A stretch of 64,000 nt of DNA from Eledone cirrhosa (taxonomy: Eukaryota). The translations under genes were made by a program, and so were the position numbers. Below the pieces are notes generated by a model. It was not told the DNA's origin and ran no database searches. It saw only the letters and a list, made by a program, of their open reading frames with translations. Location of the stretch: contig OZ024747.1 of assembly GCA_964016885.1 (NCBI GenBank), positions 37,014,001 to 37,078,000 on the forward strand, written 5' to 3'. Below are positions 12,701 to 25,751 of this stretch, piece after piece. How positions within the stretch are numbered: position 1 is the stretch's first letter; each line of letters starts with the position of its first letter.

Positions 12701-15700
12701 ATGTGTCTGTATGTATGTGTCTGTGTGTCAGTGTCTGTGTCAGTGTCAGTGCCAGTGTCTGTGTCTGAGTCTGTGTCTGAGTCTGTGTCTGTGTGTCTGT
12801 GTCTGTGTTTCAGTATCAGTGTCAGTGTCTGTGTGTCAGTGTCTGTATCAGTGTCTGTGTCTGTGTCTGTGTCTGTGTCTGCGTCTATGTCTGTGTCAGT
12901 GTTTGTGTGTCAGTGTCTGTGTCAGTGTCTGTGTCTGTGTCAGTATCAGTGTCTGTGTCTGTGTCTGTGTCTGTGTCTGTGTCAGTGTCTGTGTCTGTGT
13001 CTGTGTCAGTGTCAGTGTCAGTGTCAGTGTCAGTGTCTGTGTGTCAGTGTCTGTGTTAGTGTCTTTGTCTGTTAATGTGACTGTGTCTGTGTGTCTGTGT
13101 CTGTGTGTCTGTGTCTGTGTGTCAGTGTCTGTGTCTGTGTGTCAGTGTATGTGTCTGTGTCAGTGTCTGTGTCTGTGACTGTGTCTGTGTCTGAGTCTGT
13201 GTCTGAGTCTGTGTGTCTGTGTCTGTGTGTCAGTGTATGTGTCAGTGTATGTGTGTGTGTGTGTCAGTGTCTGTGTGTCTGTGTCTGTGTCTGTATGTCA
13301 GTGTCTGTGTCAGTGTCAGTGTCTGTGTCTGTGACTGTGTCTGTGTCTGAGACTGTGTCTGAGACTGTGTCTGAGTCTGTGTCTGTGTGTCTGTGTCTGT
13401 GTTTCAGTATCAGTGTCAGTGTCTGTGTCTGTGTGTCAGTGTATGTGTCAGTGTCTGTGTCTGTGCCTGTGTCAGTGTCAGTGTCAGTGTCAGTGTCTGT
13501 GTCTGTGTATGTGTCAGTGTCTGTGTGTCTGTGTCTGTGTGTCAGTGTCTGTGTCTGTGTGTCAGTGTCTGTGTCAGTGTCAGTGTCAGTGTATGTGTCT
13601 GTGAATGTGACTGTGTCTGTGTGTCTGTGTATGTGTGTTAGTGTCTGTGTCTGTGTGTCAGTGTCTGTGTCAGTGTCAGTATCAGTGTCTGTGTCTGTGA
13701 ATGTGACTGTGTCTGTGTGTCTGTGTCTGTGTGTCAGTGTCTGTGTCTGTGTGTCAGTGTCTGTGTCTGTGTCAGTGTCTGTGTCTGTGACTGTGTCTGT
13801 GTCTGAGTCTGTGTCTGAGTCTGTGTCTGTGTGTCTGTGTCTGTGTGTCAGTGTCTGTGTCAGTGTCAGTATCAGTGTCTGTGTCTTTGAATGTGACTGT
13901 GTCTGTGTGTCTGTGCCTGTATGTCAGTGTCTGTGTCTGTGTGTCAGTGTCTGTGTCAGTGTCAGTGTCAGTGTCAGTGTCTGTGTCTGTGTCTGTGTCT
14001 GTGTCTGTGTCTGTGTCTATGTCTGTGTCAGTGTTTGTGTGTCAGTGTCTGTGTCTGTGTCTGTGTCTGTGTCTGTGTCTGTGTCTGTGTCTGTGTCTGT
14101 GTCTGTGTCTGTGTCTATGTCTGTGTCAGTGTTTGTGTGTCAGTGTCTGTGTCAGTGGCTGTGTCTGTGTCAGTATCAGTGTCTGTGTCTGTGAATGTGA
14201 CTGTGTCTGTGTGTATGTGTCTGTGTGTCAGTGTCTGTGTCAGTGTCAGTGTCAGTGTCTGTGTCTGAGTCTGTGTCTGAGTCTGTGTCTGTGTGTCTGT
14301 GTCTGTGTTTCAGTATCAGTGTCAGTGTCTGTGTGTCAGTGTCTGTGTCAGTGTCTGTGTCTGTGTCTGTGTCTGCGTCTATGTCTGTGTCAGTGTTTGT
14401 GTGTCAGTGTCTGTGTCAGTGTCTGTGTCTGTGTCAGTATCAGTGTCTGTGTCTGTGTCTGCGTCTGTGTCTGTGTCTGTGTCTGTGTCAGTGTCTGTGT
14501 CTGTGTCTGTGTCTGTGTCAGTGTCAGTGTCAGTGTCAGTGTCAGTGTCTGTGTGTCAGTGTCTGTGTCAGTGTCTTTGTCTGTTAATGTGACTGTGTCT
14601 GTGTGTCTGTGTCTGTGTGTCTGTGTCTGTGTGTCAGTGTCTGTGTCTGTGTGTCAGTGTATGTGTCAGTGTCAGTGTCTGTGTCTGTGACTGTGTCTGT
14701 GTCTGAGTCTGTGTCTGAGTCTGAGTCTGTGTGTCTGTGTCTGTGTGTCAGTGTATGTGTGTGTGTGTGTCAGTGTCTGTGTGTCTGTGTCTGTATGTCA
14801 GTGTCTGTGTCAGTGTCAGTGTCTGTGTCTGTGACTGTGTCTGTGTCTGAGACTGTGTCTGAGACTGTGTCTGAATCTGTGTCTGTGTGTCTGTGTCTGT
14901 GTTTCAGTATCAGTGTCAGTGTCTGTGTCTGTGTGTCAGTGTCTGTGTCAGTGTCTGTGTCTGTGACTGTGTCAGTGTCAGTGTCAGTGTATGTGTCTGT
15001 GTATGTGTCTGTGTCAGTGTCTGTGTCTGTGTCTGTGTCTGTGTCTGTGTCTGTGTCTGTGTCAGTGTCAGTGCCTGTGCCAGTGTCAATGTCAGTGTAT
15101 GTGTCTGTGTCTGTGTCTGTTTCCGTGTCAGTGTCAGTGTATGTGTGTCTGTGTCAGTGTCAGTGTCTGTATCTGTGTCAGTGTCAGTGTCTGTGTCAGT
15201 GTCAGTGTCTGTGTCTGTGTCTGTGTCAGTGTCTGTGTCTGTGTCTGTGTCAGTGTCAGTGTCAGTGTCTGTGTCTGTGTCTGTGTCTGTGTCAGTGTCC
15301 GCGCCTGTGTCAGTGTCAATGTCAGTGTATGTGTCTGTGTCTGTGTCTGTTTCCGTGTCAGTGTCAGTGTCTGTGTCTGTGTCTGTGTCAGTGTCAGTGT
15401 CAGTGTCTGTGTGTCTATGTCAGTGTCAGTGTCTGTGTCTGTGTATGTGTCTGTGCCAGTGTCAGTGTCTGTGTCTGTGTCAGTGTCAGTGTCAGTGTCA
15501 GTGTCTGTGTCTGTGTCTGTGTCAGTGTCAGTGTCAGTGTCAGTGTCAGTGTCTGTGTCTGTGTCAGTGTCAGTGTCTGTGTCAGTGTCTGTGTCTGTGT
15601 CTGTGTCAGTGTCAGTGTCAGTGTCTGTGTCTGTGTCTGTGTCTGTGTCAGTGTCAGTGTCAGTGTCTGTGTCTGTGTCTGTGTGTCAGTGTCAGTGTCT

Positions 15701-17221
15701 GTGTCTGTGTCTGTGTCAGTGTCTGTGTCAGTGTCAGTGTCTGTGTCTGTGTCAGTGTCTGAGTCTGTGTCTGAGTCTGTGCCTGTGTGTCTGTGTCTGT
15801 GTTTCAGTATCAGTGTCAGTGTCTGTGTCTGTGTGTCAGTGTCTGTGCCAGTGTCAGTGTCTGTGTCTTTGTCTGTGTCTGTGTCTGTGTCTGTGTCTGA
15901 GTCTGTGTCTGAGTCTGTGCCTGTGTGTCTGTGTCTGTGTTTCAGTATCAGTGTCAGTGTCTGTGTCTGTGTCTGTGTGTCAGTGTCGGTGTCAATGTCT
16001 GTGTCAGTGTCGGTGTCAGTGTCAGTGTCTGTGTCTGTGTCTGTGTCTGTGTCAGTGTCTGTGTCTGTGTCAGTATCTGTGTCTGTGTCAGTGTCAGTGT
16101 CAGTGTCAGTGTCTGTGTCTGTGTCAGTGTCTGTGTCTGTGTCTGTGTCTGTGTCTGTGTCAGTGTCTGTGTCTGTGTCTGTGTCAGTGTCGGTGTCTGT
16201 GTCTGTGTCCGTATCTGTGTCAGTGTCAGTGTCAGTGTCAGTGTCAGTGTCTGTGTCAGTGTCAGTGTCTGTGTCTGAGTCTGTGTCTGAGTCTGTGCCT
16301 GTGTGTCTGTGTCTGTGTTTCAGTATCAGTGTCAGTGTCAGTGTCAGTGTCTGTGTCTGTGTCTGTGTCAGTGTCTGTGTCTGTGTCAGTGTCTGTGTCA
16401 GTGTCTGTGTCTGAGTCTGTGTCTGAGTCTGTGCCTGTGTGTCTGTGTCTGTGTTTCAGTATCAGTGTCAGTGTCAGTGTCAGTGTCAGTGTCTGTGTCT
16501 GTGTCTGTGTCTGTGTCAGTGTCTGTGTCTGTGTCAGTGTCGGTGTCTGTGTTTGTGTCAGTATCTGTGTCAGTGTCAGTGTCAGTGTCAGTGTCTGTGT
16601 CTGTGTCTGTGTCTGTGTCTGTGTCTGAGTCTGTGTCTGAGTCTGTGCCTGTGTGTCTGTGTCTGTGTTTCAGTATCAGTGTCAGTGTCTGTGTCTGTGT
16701 CTGTGTGTCAGTGTCGGTGTCAGTGTCTGTGTCAGTGTCGGTGTCAGTGTCAGTGTCTGTGTCTGTGTCTGTGTCAGTGTCTGTGTCTGTGTCAGTGTCT
16801 GTGTCTGTGTCTGTGTCTGTGTCAGTGTCTGTGTCTGTGTCAGTATCTGTGTCTGTGTCAGTGTCAGTGTCAGTGTCAGTGTCTGTGTCTGTGTCAGTGT
16901 CTGTGTCTGTGTCTGTGTCTGTGTCTGTGTCAGTGTCTGTGTCTGTGTCTGTGTCAGTGTCGGTGTCTGTGTCTGTGTCAGTATCTGTGTCAGTGTCAGT
17001 GTCAGTGTCAGTGTCAGTGTCTGTGTCAGTGTCAGTGTCTGTGTCTGTGTCAGTGTCAGTGTCTGTGTCTGTGTCAGTGTCGGTGTCTGTGTCTGTGTCA
17101 GTATCTGTGTCAGTGTCAGTGTTAGTGTCAGTGTCTGTGTCTGTGTCAGTGTCTGTGTCAGTGTCAGTGTCTGTGTCTGTGTCTGTGTCTGTGTTAGTGT
17201 CGGTGTCTGTGTCAGTGTCTA
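6781..17221 (+). repeat. ~10.4 kb hexamer satellite (GTGTCT/GTGTCA) with higher-order repeats
   Basis: Continuous hexamer array; rare variants (gttaatgtgact, ctttgaatgtgact, ctgaatctg) recur at kb-scale periods. Confidence 0.98.
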
Positions 17222-17639
17222 TGCCCTCCAACGTATATGTGTGTATGCATGTATGTTCGTGTGTCTGTGTGTAAGGTATGGATATTCGTATAAGAAGTGG
17301 TCAAAAGCCACCATTTCAATATTTCTGGCTTTGAAGATTCAAGAAATACATATTGTTGTTCTATTATTATCGCAGTTGGCCCAGGGTTTGTGTTTTTATG
17401 TTTATTGATTTGTCTCCCTTCCCTCTCATTCCAGCCACCAACACAATACAGAATAACAAGTGTGAAGATTAAATGAAAATGCATATACACTAATGATACA
17501 GACATACAGACACACAGGCACACAGGCACACGCATATATATGTGTGTGTGCGTGTATACATAATATATATATATATACACACACACACACATATATATGC
17601 ATATATATATGTATATATATATATATATATACATATATA

Positions 17640-17670
<31 letters not shown>

Positions 17671-17804
17671 ATATACATATATATATGTATTGTGTATGTG
17701 TGTGTGTGTGTGTGTGTGTACAAAGTTCCTATGGTTTCTCTGATCAGTGGGTATTGCGTTAATTTGATAAAATGAAAAACGCAAGGTAAAACCAAATACT
17801 TCCT

Positions 17805-18168
17805 CGGCAAACCTCACTCTACACAAACTACGGCAAACCTCACTCTACACAAACTACAGCAAACTTCACTCTACACAAACCACGGCAAACCTCACTATAC
17901 ACAAACTACGGCAAACCTCACTCTACACAAACTACGGCAAACCTCACTCTACACAAACCACGGCAAACCTCACTCTACACAAAGTACGGCAAACCTCACT
18001 CTACACAAACTGCGGCAAACCTCACTCTACACAAACCACGGCAAACCTCACTCTACACAAATTACGGCAAACCTCACTCTACACAAACCTCGGCAAACCT
18101 CACTCTACACAAACCACGGCACACCTCACTCTACACAAACCACGGCAAACCTCACTCTACACAAACCA
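17805..18168 (+). repeat. 26-bp minisatellite cggcaaacctcactctacacaaac(t/c)a, 14 copies
   Basis: Units start at 17805, 17831, 17857 ... 18143. Confidence 0.97.
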
Positions 18169-18701
18169 AAATATAATCAAAATAGATAAATATATCAGTT
18201 GCGCAATGAGCCCAGTGCTTATTTACCATTTTTGTTTTTATTTAAGTTGTATTTTTCTGTGTTATTTTTTAAAGCGGGTTTATTTATTCATTTTTGTTAT
18301 ATTATATTACTATAGCCCTTATTTGTATTGATTATTGTTGAAACAGTCTTAAAATAAATTAGCTTCGATTCGTTTCTCTCTTTAGAAATGCAATATCCGA
18401 TATTAAGATTTTTACTCTACTTTGATCAATCGGTCGCAGACGTAGCAGATTCATAGACATAGCACAAGCAAGTAATCGATAGCTAAATCTTTAAACAGTT
18501 GTTTGTGTAAGGCAGTAATTTTAAACCGATGTAGCTACAAATGAGATCGCCTTAAAAATTATATACTAAGCAGATATACGCAGTATCAACAACGACAAAT
18601 AAGGAAAAACAATGCTAGGTTCTTTTGTCACGGCACAGAGCCAATATTGGAATACAGAAGGGGAAAACAATTGAATCAATTTCAACGTATTACTGGTATA
18701 A

Positions 18702-18797
<96 letters not shown>
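18702..18797. repeat. (TG)n microsatellite (others at ~20688-20773, 29417-29493, 44774-44847, 62470-62533)
   Basis: Seen directly. Confidence 0.98.
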
Positions 18798-18799
<2 letters not shown>

Positions 18800-19933
18800 A
18801 TATGCTCTAGTGCCAAAATTACCCTCATCAAACCCAACATCAACTGTCAAAAAATGTGGTCGCTCTTATTGCGTGACTTGGTTGCTCCACGATATTATGG
18901 TACATAATGTAATTTGTAGACCCCTATCCAAAGCAATTAGAAGCCTGCTGCAGTAGAAATTTTGACAACGATGTGAAAAATGTAATGTAGATTCAACAGT
19001 CAACCCTATAATAACATTAATAAGCAACAATGGAAAAACAGCTGATGGTTGAATTAAATTGGTACATGATATCAAAACAAAATCTAGCTTCACGAGTGTA
19101 ACCCCATCATATTGAATATAAATAAAGCTGGCTAAATCTAAAAACTCCCAGAAGGGTGAGAATCTCATTGTAGAATACTGGCTTGATGCAGAATGAGATA
19201 TACCGATTTGTGTGACATTTATCAAAGTCATGCCACGGAAACATGCTGAAATGAAAATATTGCCCATCATGAAAAATGCTATTTGCTGATACGCCTAGTT
19301 TGTAAAGTGGATAAATTCTTTAAAATATATAATGTCGATTGATTGTCTAATTGTCTCATTGTACGTATATCATTGTATAAATTCGAATAGAAAAGGTAAA
19401 AAAGTGGGATGCCTGGCAGAAAAAAATGGAAGAATCTTTTAGCTATGAAAAACATTCTCATTCTTAAATTTAATTTAAAACAGCTGTATGCATGGAGATA
19501 TGTTCCTTGAGCTTTTCTACCGGAAAACAACCATATGATATGATACCTTGAATTAGTGCTCCAAAATCTTAATTTGTTGGGCTGCTCATACTGTGACTAG
19601 TACTTTGCACCTCTTTCTAGCGGGTACGACGTCAATTCGTATTAATATCTGCTACCACAGTTAAAATGTTCTCACACTATGCTGTCTATGGTTCGGATCC
19701 CGAGAGATGTAAATGTATTTTGTACTCTACTGGAACTTGTTTAAAGACATCCTAGTTGGTAATCGATAAGAGATTACTTAGATCAATTTTTGCTTTGGAT
19801 ACTAATTATGAAACTGTACCGTAAGGAAAATAAGAACGCGTTCACCTTACAGTATGTTCTTTTTCCTAGATATTATGTTCTTTATATATATGTACAAAAT
19901 ACTATGTATTTTTCAAACGATATATATATATAT

Positions 19934-20107
19934 ATAGGAACGATAGGACCCCGACGGCTGAGCTCAAGCCGTTTCGACGGCTAAGTCGAAACGGCTTGAG
20001 CTCAGCTGTCGGGGTCCTACTCGTTCCTATTACCCACTCTACTACCCTAAGTATTGAGTACTTTGGTGCGTTATGATCCACCTGGTTCCTTACCACATTT
20101 CCTTCGT

Positions 20108-20108
<1 letters not shown>
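19934..20108 (+). mobile_element. Family A copy 2: 45-bp fold-back hairpin (19934-20030) containing the 3' half of a hammerhead
   Basis: Arms 19934-19978 and 19985-20030, loop ggctaa; the sense strand reads GUC-GAAAC-GGCU-UGAGCUC-AGCU-GUC-GGGG. Confidence 0.85.
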
Positions 20109-20173
<65 letters not shown>

Positions 20174-20175
20174 GT

Positions 20176-20225
<50 letters not shown>

Positions 20226-20620
20226 GATTAATATACACATAACTTCAGAAGGATTGTTTGCTTAAATACCTGAATACAATTTTGTTTTATGGCATATTTT
20301 TTACTTGTTTTCAGTCTTCCTTTCCTGTTGTTTCTCAATCTCTCTTACTAACTCCATTGTTCTATATATCTTTCACTCCCCCCTCTTCTTATATGACTGG
20401 CACCATGAATAGCTCAACAAACTGTAAACATTTGGCTATAAGTTATTTCTATTTGGTTGCATTCTTCACAATGTGGAGCATCGCTGATTTTCATATACAA
20501 AACTTCTATATTTTTATTTCCTATCCTATTCCTCGATGCACTCATGCGCGTGTTCCTTCTTAATTTCTCCCTCACCCACACATTGTATCTCTTATGTATG
20601 TATGTGTATGTGTATGTATG

Positions 20621-20775
<155 letters not shown>

Positions 20776-21985
20776 TGTGTGTGTGTCTGTGTGTGTGTCT
20801 GTGTATTTATGTGTGTATGTTTACGTGTGTAGTTATGTGACATTCTAACGATTTCTATGGTTCGCTAATAATGTTCTATCGACAAGCGTCAAAATGAACA
20901 CGAGCACACATTGTTTCTATTCTTTATTTATTTCTGTTTTTTTCTGTTATTTTTTTTGCGGCGTTTTTCATAACATTTTACCCTTTTTCTGGTTGTATTG
21001 CCACACTCTGTCCAAATCTGTTTTTTTTTTTTAAATTTCAACATCAGTTTGTTTGCGTCATAAACTGGTATAGAGTCTTATGGGCGTATATATATACACA
21101 AGTATGTCTATGAAGGGATTTACGGCAGGTTTGTGTATAATAAACATATAAATGTCAGACTATGAAGGGTTTTAGCTACGATCATATCACAGCTATCTCA
21201 TACATATCTGATGGAAATGCTGCAACACTCCGTCTCCGAATGCAGGATTCTATGTTATGTCAGGTGGTGAAGTAATCCCGTCGGTTTCAATACCCTTCCA
21301 CCGCGGCACCAGACCTACTCATGCACAACATAGTGACATACTCATGCACAATGTTAGTGGAGTCTGATGTTGTTACAGAGAGAGAGATGCTTCGATTCAC
21401 CTCAATGCATCAAGCACACCATTCATCTTCTCTCTTGAGATTGATATAGTGATTCGTTTTTCAGCTGCTTCTGGTAATATTCTTCGATGTGCTTCCTTTC
21501 TTTTAACAGTGCGTCAACCATGGCTGCGACAAATGCTCTGACACCTATTTTCATACGGATACATGATGCTTCCCATCCTATGATTTCATAGCTCACTCCC
21601 ATTTCTGGTTCTCCTGTCGAATCTATATTCCCAGGAGAGTAAGCTCTACCATATTTACCACTAGAGCCTGTAACAGTGGTGACTTCCGGTGTTCTTGCCC
21701 CCCCCCCCTGACCAAAACGCTGCTCCACGAAGTGGAGTGACTGCTTCAGCACGACTCCCTCGCCGCCCTCCACAGAAATGTAGGTCAGGACAAATAGGTG
21801 GAGTGTAAATTATTTGGAGCGGAGGATTTTCGTTTGGAAGTCAGACATTTCCTCTTCTCATCCCACTTCTTTCATTCACTTAATGTATGAAATATGCGCT
21901 TCGTTATGTGATAGCTAGCAAACATAGCTGTGGCAATGACTAGACGAAATTTGAAAACCACTGGGAAATATGGGTATAGAAGTAT

Positions 21986-22028
21986 ACAGTCCTGATGAAG
22001 GGAATTAATCCAGAAACATGTTGACTGT
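21986..22028 (+). ncRNA. Minimal type I hammerhead ribozyme
   Basis: ACAGUC-CUGAUGA-AG(GGA AUUAA UCC)A-GAAA-CAUG-UU-GACUGU: perfect 6-bp stem I, palindromic stem III ACAUGU. Confidence 0.75.
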
Positions 22029-22122
22029 TGAACTGATGCTACTGTTGAACAAACGGATAACGATTGTCATCAAAGTCAAAACATAGCATAATGAGGCTGT
22101 TTGCTTGCAAACGAATAGAATA

Positions 22123-22310
22123 ATTGGCAGTATCGGTAGAGGGTCGTACGCCATGCTTTGACGCATAGAGTTACGTCCCTTGCCATTCTGAGTTCAAATC
22201 CCGCCGAGGTTAACTTTGCCTTTCATCCTCACCGGGTCGATGAAATAAAGTACCAGTAATGCACTGGGTAATTGCTGGCCTTGTGCCAAAAAGTAGAAAC
22301 AATTATTATT
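22123..22310 (+). mobile_element. Near full-length tRNA-derived SINE
   Basis: A-box-like tggcagtatcggt, B-box gagttcaaatccc, conserved core gcctttcatcc..gggtcgat, (ATT)n tail. Confidence 0.9.
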
Positions 22311-23490
22311 AGTCGATATAAAACCAATAATGACATTTATGTAATCCGCTACGTTAAAACGAGAAATCAAATTCTAATTTATTTTTTTAATTTTAAAACA
22401 ATTATAGAAAGAAATTATACGTACTGCTAAAAAAGAGAAGACAGCTAGTTTTGATAATAGCCCATGAAATGCTTTATGATTCATCCAAAGTCATCTACTA
22501 CCACACAAATTCTTTGTTGACCTGTAATATAATAGAAATAAATATCTATATAACACTCTGCACTGGTTCTTAATATCTCATAATACTCTACAATATAATT
22601 GTTTTGCAATTACCTTATCAGCTTTCTAAACTCCAGACGCCTTCAAGTTCAACATATAGTTCATTGTCTTCATATATTCCTTTTTTAAAGTGGCTTGCCA
22701 TTTATATTATTGTCTAGGCGGCTTGTATGAATTATAGTTGTATTTTGCGTGATTTTTAAAATCTTTTCTGCGTTTGACTTTTTACACTTCATATTTTTTT
22801 CCTTTCTTCTATCATCTTAGTAGTTTATCTATTTTTTAATTTGATCTGTTATAAACGTCTTTTTTTTAATAAGTATTACAACCACTAAGATTATATTCAT
22901 TTTACTAACTTTTCATTTATTGAAATTAACTTTTTTAAACGTTTGTGTGATTTTAAATAATAATAGCAATTTCTTTTATTTGCCACAAGAGTGAAAAATA
23001 AGTGGACATTATATGGATATATTACAAAAAATGGTGGGATACTACGGACTACTCAAGCGAGCTGTCAAACTGGGGTTTATGGACAACTTTCAAAAATCCA
23101 TAAACGTCAACACTTTTCTCAACCACCAACCCTCTATAGTCTGCAAGGGTTGTCGGTATACCAATTACGTTGCATTAATGCCTGATGCCCAATCTTAGTT
23201 TTCGCTTTATCCGATTGGGCACCTACATCAAATGTACTGACTGCCGAAAAAGTCTCTCAAATACTGTGTCCATATATCATAGTCAAATAGTCCCTGCAGG
23301 CGCCGCCATCTTAGGGTTTGCTTTCACATCAGCAAGAAAAGTATACTTGGGCTTCTGCGCAGAGAGAGAGCTTATAAAAATATGGATTTCAAGCAAGGGG
23401 ACCTTTACCTTTCTTCAAGAGGCAAATATCGCAAGTAATCCAGTATAGTCAACTGAAAACCGGGAAAAAGTGTAATGGCCAAGCATTAAT

Positions 23491-23609
23491 AATAATTGTT
23501 TCTACTTTTGGCACAAGGCCAACATTATCCCAGTGTATTACTGGTACTTTATTTTATCGACCCCGTAAGGATGAACGGCAAAGTTAACCTCGGCGGGATT
23601 TGAACTCAG
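23491..23609 (-). mobile_element. SINE copy (5' truncated); further copies at 24500-24618 (-) and 55198-55287 (-), degenerate copies near 30760-30930, 31670-31815 and 36880-37040
   Basis: Reverse-complement match to the 22123-22310 family. Confidence 0.85.
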
Positions 23610-24772
23610 GCAGTGAAATATGAATGTACAGGAACCTGCTCACAACTTCCATTTGAATATATTTCCTCATTAATACATGAACAAGGAGATTAGGATAAAT
23701 GTTACTAGCTGAAGTACTGTTAATTTGACTCAGAATAACTTACCACGATAGAAATTCTGCAAAGGGAATGTGAGCAGTAAAATAAGATATATGTCGACTT
23801 AAATTTGAATACATTTGAACAAATAAGCTGGAAGGCGACATTCATGTCAATATAAAGGTGAGAAAAGCCAGCCTTCGTTTACCTAATGACGAAACAGCTG
23901 TCACCTCTGTAGTAGATTTACGTATATCTAATTAAAAAATCTACCTACCAACTCTTTATACAAGTCATGTTTGTTCACACTCGTCATTCCAGATCCACCC
24001 TACACAATAGTTGGCACAATTTTCGTATGCAATTTCCATTGTAATCTCCAAACATCTTCAAACCAAATACTTCATTCAAATCCAATCGGATAGTCTTATT
24101 TTCCACACTGTGAGACAAATATTCACCATGCTGTTGGATTTCAGCTGGTGGTGTCATATTTGATGCAAAATGTGTATTAGATGTCAAATATGCGATTGTT
24201 TCATGGGACTCGAATAATCCTCGCATTAAAGGGTTGTAGAGCATTGTATTTTTCTGGTATCGTTTAGTCCAGGATATATGTAATGATGATAATCTGTGAT
24301 GTTCGTGCAAACACTGGGATTTGTAGATGTCTAAGATTGTGGCTTACAGCTATTCCACCAAACATATTTATCATTAAAAATTGCTTGTATGTTTGTGGCT
24401 GGTGAACACTCGGGGTTTAATACGACAGGGTGTATCATAGAATATGTTTATATTTTGCTTTTAAATAATGGGAGAAAAACAATAAAAAGGCAAATTCAAA
24501 ATAATTGTTTCTACATTTGGCACAAGGCCAGCAATTATTCCATTATAATTACTGGTACTTTATTTTATCGACCCCGTAAAGATGAAAGGCAAAAGTTAGC
24601 CTCGGCGGGATTTGAACAGAAGATTCAAAATAATACCAGAATATTATAAGAGATTATGGATAACTTGAAAGTGATTTAGATTTTCATAACCATAGCGACA
24701 TACATGGTAATGAGTTTGGTATATATATGTATGTGTGTGCGTGTGTATGTGTGTGTGTGTGTGTGTGTGTGC

Positions 24773-24815
<43 letters not shown>

Positions 24816-25449
24816 TGTGTGTGTGTGTGCGTAAATAGATAGTGATTCCTAGATGTGTAAAGCTGTTTATATAATTATTTTGGTTAGAAGAACTGAGGAA
24901 GAAAAACACAGAAAATACGACAGCCATCGAGGAATTAGAAATCGAAAGATGTGATACTAAACTAGAAAAAAATAAAGTTATATGTGAGTAATTAACAAGA
25001 ATAGAATATTAAGGAGTGGGCTATTTTGGTAAGATACAATATTTAAAATAAAACTCTCTAAATTGTTAGAACGTAATTAAATCCAAAGATAGAGATGTAT
25101 TGGATTAAATCAAACTAATAAAAATGTAAAGTACAATAACTAGGAATATACGAAGATGGAAATAATCAACAGAATTAAAGTAAGAGAGAAATGTATTAAA
25201 CCTAACGCGAAAATAGAAAGTTGTTGAATTATATATAGCTGATTGAAAAATAACGAAATATTGTATGTAGGTGCATCAATACATATATATGTGTGCGTAT
25301 GTGTGAGTGTATGTGTGTGTGTCTGTGTGTATGTGTGTGTGAGTGTGCATAATATATATCACCTTAAACCTATGCATATGTTTATGTACAGTATATATAT
25401 ATATAATAGTAATAAATGGAAAATAATATATCACTATAGCATCATCATT

Positions 25450-25509
25450 TATTTCGTTATATATATTTCAGGGATACTAAGTTATAGTATGCCCTCATCA
25501 GACAAAATA
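25450..25509 (-). ncRNA. Hammerhead ribozyme in the 3' pseudo-LTR of Penelope-like element 1
   Basis: Reverse complement of 29214-29273. Confidence 0.8.
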
Positions 25510-25751
25510 CAATATTTGATGTATAAAAATGTGACATACCCATAAAATAGAACGTATGCGATCAATTTAAAATGGGTATGTGATTCAAAATCTCAAAATT
25601 TCCTAGATGTAAAGTTATTGGGAAAAATAAATAAATAAATAATAAGGACAGTTAAAACAGACGCTTGAAAAGTTTTTTTTTAAACAGCGTAATTAGATTG
25701 GTCAGAGAAAAAAACGGTTAGATGGTTATATTTTATAACTAAGAAGATATG

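Noticed and set aside
5580-18168. CRISPR-like appearance of the anchor-plus-spacer and 26-bp arrays
   Set aside because: Spacers are simple repeats or absent, there are no cas genes, and the context is eukaryotic.
18805-18960. Penelope endonuclease linker remnant (KLPS..KKCGRSYC)
   Set aside because: Too short and degenerate to call.
22123-22210. tRNA gene (also 40792-40865)
   Set aside because: A/B boxes continue into SINE bodies found in multiple copies; no complete cloverleaf.
22991-24310. Short ORFs as host exons
   Set aside because: No recognisable domain; they weakly resemble decayed LINE sequence and have stops in all frames.
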